From Laetmonice hystrix (lineage: Eukaryota): a DNA stretch of 64,000 nt. Both the position numbers and the translations under genes were made by a program. Location: NCBI GenBank assembly GCA_965235115.1, contig OZ249436.1, forward strand, positions 11,162,001 through 11,226,000. The letters run 5' to 3'. Shown here one piece after another: positions 9,887-19,866 of the stretch. Within the stretch, counting starts at the first letter, position 1. Every line of letters starts with the position of its first letter. Below the pieces are notes generated by a model. That model searched no databases and was not told where the DNA came from. It worked only from the letters and a program-made list of their open reading frames with translations.

Positions 9887-12670
9887 CTACAAAGAAAATG
9901 TACCGGTTCATTCGAAGCACAGTGAAGCAATACATTGATCAATAGTAGGCCCATGTTTTAAGGGGCCGTTCAAAAATTACGTAACGCTATTTTGGGCGAA
10001 ATCTGACACCCGCACCCCCGTAACGCTCTGCAATGGTACTTCAGCACTGTCCGTAACGTTTGGACATACACCCCCCCACCCGCGCGTGCCTAGGCCTAAT
10101 TGGGCTAGGGCTAACCGGGGCATGTCGATCTAATTCCATTTGTTTCATAAACCCGACATTATAAGGTATAAAATGTAAGGAGAATATGGACGGGTTATAG
10201 GCCCCTATTTACCTGGAAGCTGAGAGAACCTCGGGTCCAAACATACTGGCGATCACGTGATCTGGTGCAGTGAAGGGTGTCATCGGGACGTAACCTCGGT
10301 AACCAGCGGGTGAAGATCTTTGGCGCCCTCTATCGGCTGACGACTCAAACCGACACGAAGGGCGTGCCTCGTTCAAATAACCCTGGAGACTCTCTAGCCG
10401 CTCGTTACACTTACGGACCTGTAAAAAACGGACCGATTTTTAGAACTCTATACTGTTAATTCACGACTGATGACTCGGTAAAAAAGAAGAAAACTCACCG
10501 CTATGATAGAGAAAGGCCCAGACCTAGATCTAGCCCAGACAGTCAGGCCTATGGGGCCTAGGCCCTATTCAGTTTTCTACTGACCAAAGTCCATGTAAAC
10601 CTACATTACTTATACTGTCAAACGTTATTACTGTGTGGGAGCCTACTTTTCAGAAGTTGCCTGGTCCCTTGTGGAGTGTTAGGGCCTATATATATTCCAT
10701 TTAACCTGAAGGCCCCAACGTGAGGTGCGAGGTGCGAGGCCCGATTCTGTATTATCTATAGATTGGTACTGACCTGTCGTCGGGCCCGGCGCCGTCTGAA
10801 ATCACCCCGGGAGAAGTCGTCTACGTTGGCCGGGTGGATGGCCCAGTAGTTGCCCTTCCCGTTCTCTGACCGTCCACTCTGGATCACATTGAACGAGAAC
10901 ATTGAGAATGATGAAGAATTCCACGCGTTTGAGACAAAAGCCATATTTCTGTTTGTATTTGCGCTTTTGGGTTTAATATCTTTTAAGGAAAGTGTCTTCG
11001 GTTTCATCTTGCGGTGTGTTGTGATTGGTTGGAGGTCAGAGCACATATCTTGCGGTGTGTTGTTATTGGTTGGAGGTCAGAGCACATATCTTGCGGTGTG
11101 TTGTGATTGGTTGGAGGCACAGCTTACCTTCACGAAGCACTCATTGAGGCTGAGATTGTGACGGATTGAGTTCCTCCACGACCGGTCGTGCTGGCGGTAG
11201 TATGGGTAATTATTCGCTACCCAGGAGTAGATGTCACCCAGAACCATCCGCTTACTGCAGGTCGACTGGATGGCCAGCGAGATCAGAGCAATGTAAGAAA
11301 GGGTTGGCTTTCCGTCCTCCTGTGTGGGCAGAATATCAAAACGCGTTATGAAGAGAATAGCAATTTGACAGCACTGGTGAAAACTTGTTACGCTATACTT
11401 CTGCATGATACGTTTCAGCCATATACAAAACCGTTACCCTACTCTCACTTTGTTTGTAAATCCCTCGGTGTTGTTACATGTGCTCAGAAACGACCTAACA
11501 TCTCATTGCAATTAACATATCAACATAGCATTGTTTTCCAATGTGCCAAAGAAGAATTACTCTGGCAGGGAGAACAGTTTAGTGGCACTGTCTCGAGGTG
11601 AGACAACTACACTTATAATATATGGAAACTAGCATGGCGATACCAATGGCAATACAACAAACAATGCAAAGCTGGGTTGACACCTCCGAAAGGTGACACG
11701 AGATTTTGTGGGTTTTTTTCTCTACCATAATATGGAACAATCTAAAGCTAAAGTTTTTATGGTGACGTGCACGGACATATTTGAGACGCTCGTGGGACCA
11801 CTAAGAGACACATTTTGCTTGTAGCCTATCTTAGAGGTTTCAATTAGTACACTAAGTAGGCAATATATTCGCAACCCCATATTAATAAAATAAGACATGA
11901 ATGATTACCCATTACACCTTGAAGAAAACCACCTATTCTAAGCGTCGAATGCGCGGCTTTCGACAGCCAGAAAACAGGGCGAGATCCCGCTTGATCGGCA
12001 GCTGGCCATGATCTGCTTTGCGTTTATTTTAGAGTATATTACAGTATAGTGGTCGGACCGCCAACAGCCAGCTCCTCCTGTCTCCAGGTGGCGGTGGTAG
12101 AATTTAATTGGCGTTATCTGCCACACCGCCTCTCCAGAGATCAGGATAAGCCAGCCTGGCAAGAAGTACATCCGGCGTCCGGCCATGGAGTACATTTCTA
12201 GAGACAACTCTACACATTTATATCAGTTGTGAATAAATAATAAATGTTACCAAAAAAATACATAATAAATGCCTAAACGTCCCTCTGTTTTCTACAACTT
12301 GTCATGAGACCTATAGTTTTCCGACACGTCACTGCAATACAACCGAATTTTACCGTACCTTTTTTGTAATGACGGCAGGAATGCCATTATTGTTAACATC
12401 CTCGCCCTCCTCCTTCCTGCCTCCTTCCTCTCCTGTCTCGATATCCTCCAGGTCATCCTCTTCTCCCTCCAGGAGGTTCGGGGACTCTAGGTCCATGTCA
12501 ATGACTGGAGATCTCTTCATGTCGTCGATGAAATGTTCGACCTCCGCGAGCAGGTTTGGCAAGGAATCGTCAGCTGTCGTACCCTGGAGCAGGCCCTCCA
12601 GTTCACTGTCCTCCCTAACCTCGTACTGACCCGATGGGATCGGCTGGCCAAAACTCGCAGGAGAATGCAT
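9640..12670 (-). CDS. FoxQ2: FoxQ2-family forkhead transcription factor, intron-containing paralog, 353 aa; complement join(12359..12670,11128..11319,10774..10878,10213..10418,9640..9886)
   Basis: Forkhead domain KPTLSYIALISLAIQ...WRNSIRHNLSLNECFVK|SGRSENGKGNYWAIHPANVDDFSRGDFRRRRARRQ|VRKC has the FoxQ2-type C-terminal wing; downstream GYVPMT motif. GT-AG introns with phases 0,0,0,2; 1062 nt = 354 codons including the stop. The start ATG is inferred. Confidence 0.88.
9958..10060. mobile_element. Probable MITE fragment (single terminus) in a FoxQ2 intron
   Basis: tta-aggggccgttcaaaaattacgtaacgc resembles PIF/Harbinger-type MITE ends; no matching second end seen. Confidence 0.35.
10213..10418 (-). 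CDS. FoxQ2: FoxQ2-like paralog 1, fourth coding exon (absent from the ORF track)
   Basis: cgttttttacag acceptor, gtaaat donor; VRKCNERLESLQGYLNEARPSCRFESSADRGRQRSSPAGYRGYVPMTPFTAPDHVIASMFGPEVLSAS; links phase 0 to phase 2. Confidence 0.85.
10774..10878 (-). CDS. FoxQ2: FoxQ2-like paralog 1, forkhead C-terminal exon
   Basis: gatccag acceptor, gtcagt donor; SGRSENGKGNYWAIHPANVDDFSRGDFRRRRARRQ. Confidence 0.93.
11007..11118. repeat. ~40-bp tandem repeat x~3 in the FoxQ2 forkhead intron
   Basis: Unit atcttgcggtgtgttgtgattggttggaggtcagagcacat. Confidence 0.85.
11128..11319 (-). CDS. FoxQ2: FoxQ2-like paralog 1, forkhead N-terminal exon
   Basis: cacacag acceptor, gtaagc donor; EDGKPTLSYIALISLAIQ...SLNECFVK. 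Confidence 0.93.
12359..12670 (-). CDS. FoxQ2: FoxQ2-like paralog 1, first coding exon (acidic N-terminus)
   Basis: MHSPASFGQ...EGEEDDLEDIETGEE...VITKK, then AAG|gtacgg donor; tandem AAGCAG acceptor just upstream of the ATG. Confidence 0.75.
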
Positions 12671-12999
12671 TGTGTCTGCTTGGAGGTAAATATGAAGGGA
12701 ACAATGATAAATCATGGTGTCCAAAGCTAACTTAATGATTAAAAAAGGAGTCAAATCGTTTCACTACGTAAGAAGAATGTTACAAACTACATGTATTCAC
12801 CAAACGACTGCCAGATCGACAAGCTCGATTTTAGACCAAATTCGCCCATGGTCGTATACGGGATGTTTTGAAGATCCTCGGCTAAGTTTGTCTGGGAATA
12901 GCCTCAGATGATCTTTCGAACCGAATAACTTAACCTCGGTTTGAGCTCGGAGATCTGTACTTTATCTGTACCTGGCTTCAAACACTAACTAGAACTTAC

Positions 13000-13120
13000 C
13001 TTGTATTGTGTGATGGTATGATTCAATCTATCGGCGGAGTCGGACAAGGTACTGTGTCCAATGCGGTGACCAGGGTTGGAATGAAGCTATACCAGCAAGG
13101 ACCTCGCTTAATATAGGCCC
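13000..13120 (-). promoter_or_regulatory. Putative core promoter and non-coding first exon (~13082-13000) of FoxQ2-like paralog 1
   Basis: Minus strand: TATATTAA at ~13115, Inr-like TCATTC ~31-33 nt downstream (A at 13082), then an ATG-free 83-nt segment ending in a strong AAG|gtaagt donor at 13000. Confidence 0.55.
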
Positions 13121-14430
13121 TGTGACCGATACGATGATCTTTCCAGACATTGCGGTTTCTTCCTCTCCGACTTCACGATTACAAGGGTCATTAACGTAAA
13201 CATAATCAATCAGGAACCCTGGGGATATGCAGTTTGCTACGGCCTTTTTCTGGTGTATAAACCACATTAACGCTTGTGGTATTAACCAAGCTTGATTTTT
13301 CACACACCTACGAGAACAGAGATGCACCCCACCGGGCCGCCACGGTAACAATGCAATATACCGCTAATTGCAGTTGGGTTGATCATGGAGAACGGATTGA
13401 ACCGTGAGAGCGTTACTTTCAAGTGGCCCGCTCACCCCACCACCGGAAGTGCGGTCAATGGTCGGCTGCTCGCGGTTTATGTCGCGAGCGAGAGGCTCGT
13501 TACATATCGTGGTCTCAGTTTGATGTGGGCCGATCATGACATTCTACCTCCAAGTGGACTTGAATCCTTAGAACCAAGACAGCCTTGTATACAGAGGAGG
13601 CAATGATACACACGGCCGTCACTGAGCATTGTTTTATTGGGAGACTCTCAGTTGTATTTCCGCACAATGTGAGACCTCGTTATGATTGTTTATGTGATGT
13701 TAGTGAATCGCTTTAATCGAGACGTCGATGACCAACTTTTGATTCACACTTGATGGGCACTGGTGTCCGCTGTAGACAGAAAGATTTCTATTTGACTGAA
13801 TTCCTGCAATCGATGGCCTAGCTGTAGGATATCAAGAGAAGTTTTGCATAATGTAAACCTCAGAAAATAACAAAATCGTTTTCCTATACTCCTAGGAATA
13901 ATTGCTTTCCCTGCCATTAGATTTTTATTGTCACAAGGATTTACAATATACATGTATAATCTTCCACATAAATTTAACAATAAAAGAGTGAGAGACAGAT
14001 ATCCTTATTAACCTCTCTTTGGTGAGGAGGGAAGGGCTTTTTCCCAAGACGCCGGAATGTGTGATAGTCAAGTAAAAATGCTTTCGCAAACTAATGAGCG
14101 ACTATAAATACGCGTGAGTGGTTTCTATATCCAATTATTATCCTGTTCATGAGAAATCTCATTCAAGTCTGTGAGATAGAGGGCAAGCCTTCCTCTGCCG
14201 TTCCACTGCTGGACTTTCAAAATTACGATTAATAAACGGTGGTTATTATACGTGCAAAAAGACGAGTCAACTTTTAGCTTTATCATATAGGCCTAAATGA
14301 CCGTCGATGTTATTTGAATATGGATGTTTCCAAGCCAAACACCAAGATATTGTGTACCAATAATATTAACTTCTCTTAAAATCTAGGGTGTCATATATGT
14401 ATACAATACAAACGTTTCTCTGTCAATACT

Positions 14431-14610
14431 GGAGCGGAGGTCGGAGGGGAGGTCGGAGGGGAGGTTGGAGTGGAGGTCGGAGAGGAGGTCGGAGGGGAGG
14501 TCGGGGCGGAGGTCGGAGGGGAGGTCGGAGCGGAGGTCGGAGGGGAGGTCGGGGGAGGTCGGAGGGGAGGTCTGAGCGGAGGTCGGAGGGGAGGTCGGAG
14601 CGGAGGTCGA
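14431..14610. repeat. 12-bp G-rich tandem repeat
   Basis: (ggaggtcggagg/c)n. Confidence 0.9.
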
Positions 14611-14837
14611 CCTGGTGTTTTATGATGGCGGTCAGTGCTCCACCCCAGATCCCCATTTTCCTGCGCCCCCCCCCCCCTTCTAAAATTCGTGGTAGACTCA
14701 GTCACGCTAATTAACGACGACTGGCACTAAAAGTTTCATTCTTCTAAATTCAGACTGCGCGAATTCAAGAACACCAAAGAAAAAGAGTCCTGAATGGAGA
14801 ATGCACGAAAATTGCGCCGCGCGAAAATAACTAAAAT

Positions 14838-15438
14838 TACAGTTACCCCGGGTGCAATGGGCAGTGTTTGGAAGGAGAGAGAAGAGAGGGATATACAGTT
14901 ACCCGACGGGTGTAATGGGCAGTGTTTGGAAGGAGAGAGAAGAGATGTAAATACAGTTACCCCGGGTGTAATGGGCAGTGTTTGGAAGGAGAGAGATGAG
15001 AGGGAAATACAGTTACCCCGGGTGCAATGGGCAGTGTTTGGAAGGAGAGAGAAGAGAGGGATATACAGTTACCCAGCGGGTGTAATGGGCAGTGTTTGGA
15101 AGGAGAGAGAAGAAATGTAAATACAGTTACCCCGGGTGTAATGGGCAGTGTTTGGAAGGAGAGAGGTAAATACAGTTACCCCGGGTGTAATGGGCAGTGT
15201 GTGGAAGGAGAGAGAAGAGATGTAAATACAGTTACCCCGGGTGTAATGGGCAGTGTTTGGAAGGAGAGAGAAGAGATGTAAATACAGTTACCCCGGGTGT
15301 AATGGGCAGTGTTTGGAAGGAGAGAGGTAAATACAGTTACCCCGGGTGTAATGGGCAGTGTTTGGAAGGAGAGAGATGAGAGGGAAATACAGTTACCCCG
15401 GGTGTAATGGGCAGTGTTTGGAAGGAGAGAGAAGAGAG
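14838..15438. repeat. ~50-60-bp minisatellite, ~11 copies
   Basis: Unit tacagttaccccgggtgtaatgggcagtgtttggaaggagagagaagag... Confidence 0.92.
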
Positions 15439-16133
15439 GTGGGCAAAAGTGAAAAAGTGTAAGTAAAATACCAAAATTTATTTTAAGAATAATCTGGACC
15501 AGGGCATTTGTTCTTTTACATGATGAATTTTCTTTGATATTTTCTTCTCTACCTTCATTCCACATCATCTAGCCGTAAAAGACCTCGGCTGTGTCACAAG
15601 TCGGTCGGGCATGACATCCACCAACATCCGGTACCGATGGGTGTCACCCGCCGCTCATAGGTCAGATTCACTGATTTTAATGGCTCAAAATGACGGAATT
15701 AATGACAATATTAATGAATTTCTTGTGATTGGATTTTTGTGTCTCCTTTCGCCAGATTCCTAATCTGGCATTGGTAAGTTATTGATTGTAATTGCTAAAA
15801 GTAGAGTGTGTATTAAACTTTACCACGGCGGGTTAGAGTGTCGCAACTGTTGCTCACAAGTACTTTATGTTTAGAGCTGCTGACTTCATTTTGAAGACAT
15901 TCACCGGACAGCTTTTTATGAAATATCACGTCTATATTGTGGAATTGTATACGTATTCCCTCTAGGCGTAGGCATTAGTTTATATGATACACGTGTCTAT
16001 GTATGATCTTCAAACTATCAACCTCCCCTGCTGATAACTGGAAGCTGGTAATAATGGTCTTTCGCTATTAAAGTTTTAGTCTGAAGTCCATAGGAAGAAT
16101 TTGGTTAACGCGTCGTTCGGTGAATTTCTATAT

Positions 16134-16344
16134 AGTGCTGAACCCACCAAGGCGATTCCCCTTGCGACGCCCATGCGATTTTGACATCACCCTTTTATTT
16201 TACTGTAATTTTGAGATTAAAGGATGGAACCCATTTCCTGAAACGGAGAAGGCCAGCCAGGAAAAATCTCAGAGTGAAATTCCACCATTAAATCAAAAAT
16301 CGCATGGCCGCCGCAAGGGGAATCGCCTTGGTGGGTTCAGCACT
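16134..16344. mobile_element. MITE with ~50-bp TIRs
   Basis: agtgctgaacccaccaaggcgattccccttgcg...cgcaaggggaatcgccttggtgggttcagcact; tat on both flanks. Confidence 0.85.
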
Positions 16345-16486
16345 TATGCTTATACTTTCAAACAAGATACTACCCCCACGTTGCCTTATCTTCCAAGATT
16401 AGCTGAAATTACGGAAACTGACGGAAATGGCCGATGAATTGTTTAATGGTTTACTGTCACTTGAAATATAGTTATATTATATTGAC

Positions 16487-16546
<60 letters not shown>

Positions 16547-16557
16547 GCAGAGAGAGA
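16487..16557. repeat. (GA)n microsatellite
   Basis: Read directly from the sequence. Confidence 0.95.
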
Positions 16558-16667
16558 TTGGAATTAGGTCGCTTTACACGATAATACATGCATGTTCTCT
16601 ACGGAGGTAGGCCGTCTATACAGATGGTAAGTACAAAACATGTAGTTTGTAAGTAGTATATGAAAAT

Positions 16668-17808
16668 GCGCCATTGTGGCGGGTTGAGGAGGTGCCCTGG
16701 GCGAGGATGTTGGACCATCACGGCGCCATTGTGGCGGGTTGAGGAGGTACCCTGGGCGAGGATGTTGGACCATCACGGCGCCATTGTGGCGGGTTGAGGA
16801 GGTGCCCTGGGCGAGGATGTTGGACCATCACGGCGCCATTGTGGCGGGTTGAGGAGGTACCCTGGGCGAGGATGTTGGACCGTCACGGCGCCATTGTGGC
16901 GGGTTGAGGAGGTCCCTGGGCGAGGATGTTGGACCATCACGGCGCCATTGTGGCGGGTACCCTGGGCGAGGATGTTGGACCATCACGGCGCCATTGTGGC
17001 GGGTTGAGGAGGTACCCTGGGCGAGGATGTTGGACCATCACGGCGCCATTGTGGCGGGTTGAGGAGGTCCCTGGGCGAGGATGTTGGACCGTTACGGCGC
17101 CATTGTGGCGGGTTGAGGAGGTACCCTGGGCGAGGATGTTGGACCGTCACGGCGCCATTGTGGCGGGTTGAGGAGGTACCTGGGCGAGGATGTTGGACCA
17201 TCACGGCGCCATTGTGGCGGGTTGAGGAGGTACCCTGGGCGAGGATGTTGGACCATCACGGCGCCATTGTGGCGGGTTGAAGAGGTACCCTGGGCGAGGA
17301 TGTTGGACCATCACGGCGCCATTGTGGCGGGTTGAGGAGGTACCTGGGCGAGGATGTTGGACCATCACAGCGCCATTGTGGCGGGTTGAGGAGGTACCCT
17401 GGGCGAGGATGTTGGACCATCACGGCGCCATTGTGGCGGGTTGAGGAGGTACCCTGGGCGAGGATGTTGGACCGTCACGGCGCCATTGTGGCGGGTTGAG
17501 GAGGTACCTGGGCGAGGATGTTGGACCATCACGGCGCCATTGTAGCGGGTTGAGGAGGTACCCTGGGCGAGGATGTTGGACCATCACGGCGCCATTGTGG
17601 CGGGTTGAAGAGGTACCCTGGGCGAGGATGTTGGACCATCACGGCGCCATTGTGGCGGGTTGAGGAGGTACCTGGGCGAGGATGTTGGACCGTCACGGCG
17701 CCATTGTGGCGGGTTGAGGAGGTACCCTGGGCGAGGATGTTGGACCATCACAGCGCCATTGTGGCGGGTTGAGGAGGTAGCCTACCCTGGGCGAGGATGT
17801 TGGACCAT
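16668..17808. repeat. 55-bp GC-rich minisatellite, ~21 copies
   Basis: Unit gcgccattgtggcgggttgaggaggtaccctgggcgaggatgttggaccatcacg. Confidence 0.97.
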
Positions 17809-18053
17809 GACGTTTCAGTTGAAATCATTTCGAGCACGATACTAGTGTAATTTCACCGGACGGGTACGTTAGGTTGTGAAAATATAAAGAGAGCTGGACG
17901 ATTAGTAAATCGCATTATTTTGCTACTTTAGATTCGGGTAATCCCTACTCGTACTACATTATTGATAGTAAAGTAGATAAATAAACAATCAATAAGCTAA
18001 GGATACAAGCAGCTACAAGACAGACACGTATTTCTATCATAATATTGGCACAA

Positions 18054-18059
18054 TTTATT
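18054..18059 (-). promoter_or_regulatory. Candidate polyadenylation signal of the intronless FoxQ2
   Basis: AATAAA on the minus strand ~475 nt after the stop codon. Confidence 0.45.
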
Positions 18060-18228
18060 TTCTTACATTCTTGCCTTTTATCTTCACGGTTAGGCATTTT
18101 CTGCGAGCATGTTCTTCAAACCGCAAGCATAATTAATGCCAGTGCACGTTTATACATGAATTTATACATGCAAATACCTAAGGGGTGTTATAGCACCATA
18201 ATGTACAGTCATGTGGTTATTTTACATA

Positions 18229-18357
18229 TGAACTTCAGTCATAACTATGAAAAACACCTGTACACTATACATCCGTATACCACTGTACAGTGAAACTTCA
18301 GTCATAACTATGAATAACACCTGTACACTATACATCTGTGTATACCACTGTACAGTG
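18229..18357. repeat. ~63-bp tandem duplication in the putative FoxQ2 3' UTR
   Basis: tgaacttcagtcataactatgaa...accactgtacagtg occurs twice. Confidence 0.8.
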
Positions 18358-18533
18358 GAAATCCACTACTTCAGGATGATTCGGTTGTCGAGTGTCAATG
18401 GACCTGTGGATATACGGTGAACATCTCTACAAACAGGTCGTTTCGGTTCTCTACATTAGGTGCATATTTTACAGTGAATTCTATAATATCACAGTGTGTA
18501 GCTTGTAGATGTCAATGTTAGTGCCACTGCCGA

Positions 18534-19703
18534 CTACCAGACTTGATGGGTGGAGTATCTGCCGTAGGGCGAGTACCGTACAGAGTGATGAGGGTGGCGA
18601 TTCACGTACTGGCTGGGGTGAGGGTGTGGCATGGGGGCGGTTGAGATGGCAGACATGATGGTGACGGGCGGGTGAGAACCAACCATCCCTGGGTAGGGGG
18701 ATGTCGGGACCATCATGGCGGGGTTGTACTGGCTGGGGATGGCCTGGTGAGGTCCCTCTGAAGTCTGACTGGTTACCGTTGGTAGGGCGGAGCAATGCGG
18801 CAGTGTCCCCGGTAGCATGGGCATCGCGAGGCCGGGGGCCGGCACGGGGAGTCCTGGGGACTGCATGTACGGGAAGCTCATCGCTGCCGGGTGCATGTAC
18901 GGATGGAATGGTCCAACCGACGCGGTGGTCGTCATGGGCATGTAGCCGAAGTTACAGGGGTAGGCGAGTGCCGCGGCAGCCTGGTCGGCCGCCGCTGTGG
19001 CTCGCGCCCTCCGCCTGGCCTGCCGCCGCCTGTAGTCACCGTTAGCGAAGTCATCGACGCAGGCCGGGTGGATGGCCCAGTAGTTACCCTTACCGTTGTC
19101 CGCCCGTCCCGCCTTGATGAAGCACTCGTTGAGACTGAGGTTGTGACGAATGGAGTTTCTCCACGCTCGCTCCTCGTTGTCATAGAACGGGAAACGGTCC
19201 ATGATGTACTGGTAGATCTCCGACAACACAAGTTTCCTCTCGGTGCTGTCCAGGATGGCCATCGATATGAGCGCGATGTAAGAGTGGGACGGTTTCTCGG
19301 TCCTGCTGGAACCACTACCGGCGGCCCCGGTCGGTGTGGAGGTCCGGGGATGGTGGCCCACATCGCCCGATATCGAGGATGGTGATCCCCGACCGCTGTC
19401 GTCGCTGGATGTCGGAGATAAACTACCCGTGGCCTCCATCTTCACAACCTCGGCAGAGAACGAGGACTCGGAGGAACTGCAGTCGGCGCTGCCGGTCGAC
19501 ATGGGTGATTTCTGGGCGGGGATGACCGTCGATCCTTGCGTGGTAGACACAGACAGTTGGCCGGCCGTCTGCTGGGCCGTAGTGGTGATGATGGCCGATT
19601 CTGTACTGCTCTGGTCGGTGTTAGCCACCGACTGCCACCGATTCGGGGACGTCAGCATAGCAATGCTGAACGGATGTTCATTGAACAAGTTCGTGCGTTC
19701 CAT
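18534..19703 (-). CDS. FoxQ2: FoxQ2-family forkhead transcription factor, single coding exon, 389 aa
   Basis: Uninterrupted ORF; N-terminal EH1-like FSIAML; forkhead KPSHSYIALISMAIL...WRNSIRHNLSLNECFIKAGRADNGKGNYWAIHPACVDDFANGDYRRRQARRR; GYMPMT and C-terminal RYSPY motifs. Confidence 0.95.
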   Translation of the reverse strand: MERTNLFNEHPFSIAMLTSPNRWQSVANTDQSSTESAIITTTAQQTAGQLSVSTTQGSTVIPAQKSPMSTGSADCSSSESSFSAEVVKMEATGSLSPTSSDDSGRGSPSSISGDVGHHPRTSTPTGAAGSGSSRTEKPSHSYIALISMAILDSTERKLVLSEIYQYIMDRFPFYDNEERAWRNSIRHNLSLNECFIKAGRADNGKGNYWAIHPACVDDFANGDYRRRQARRRARATAAADQAAAALAYPCNFGYMPMTTTASVGPFHPYMHPAAMSFPYMQSPGLPVPAPGLAMPMLPGTLPHCSALPTVTSQTSEGPHQAIPSQYNPAMMVPTSPYPGMVGSHPPVTIMSAISTAPMPHPHPSQYVNRHPHHSVRYSPYGRYSTHQVW

Positions 19704-19829
19704 GATGTATAGACTAAGTCCGTAATATGTGCGAAGTCTGTGGTTTAGCTGAAGATGATCTCAACAATGCTTACAATCACTGCAGGGCAATGCAAGTGTT
19801 GATGTTTCTAGTTCCAAGGGCGAGCACGA

Positions 19830-19866
19830 TATGGTTCCACTCCAAGCACGGAACGATTCTTATAGC
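19830..19866 (-). promoter_or_regulatory. Putative TATA box and TSS of the intronless FoxQ2
   Basis: CTATAAGA on the minus strand at ~19865-19858, ~155 nt upstream of the ATG; CCAAT-type motifs at ~20068-20087. Confidence 0.5.

Noticed and set aside
13028..13150. Upstream coding exon for FoxQ2-like paralog 1 (MSGKIIV...)
   Set aside because: The frame stops at 13028, before the donor at 13000; the TATA/Inr arrangement favours a non-coding first exon.
14388..14714. RGG-rich or proline-rich proteins
   Set aside because: Translation of a 12-bp simple repeat, with no splice or start context.
18481..19725. Alternative-frame and antisense ORFs over FoxQ2
   Set aside because: Shadow ORFs of a GC-rich coding exon.
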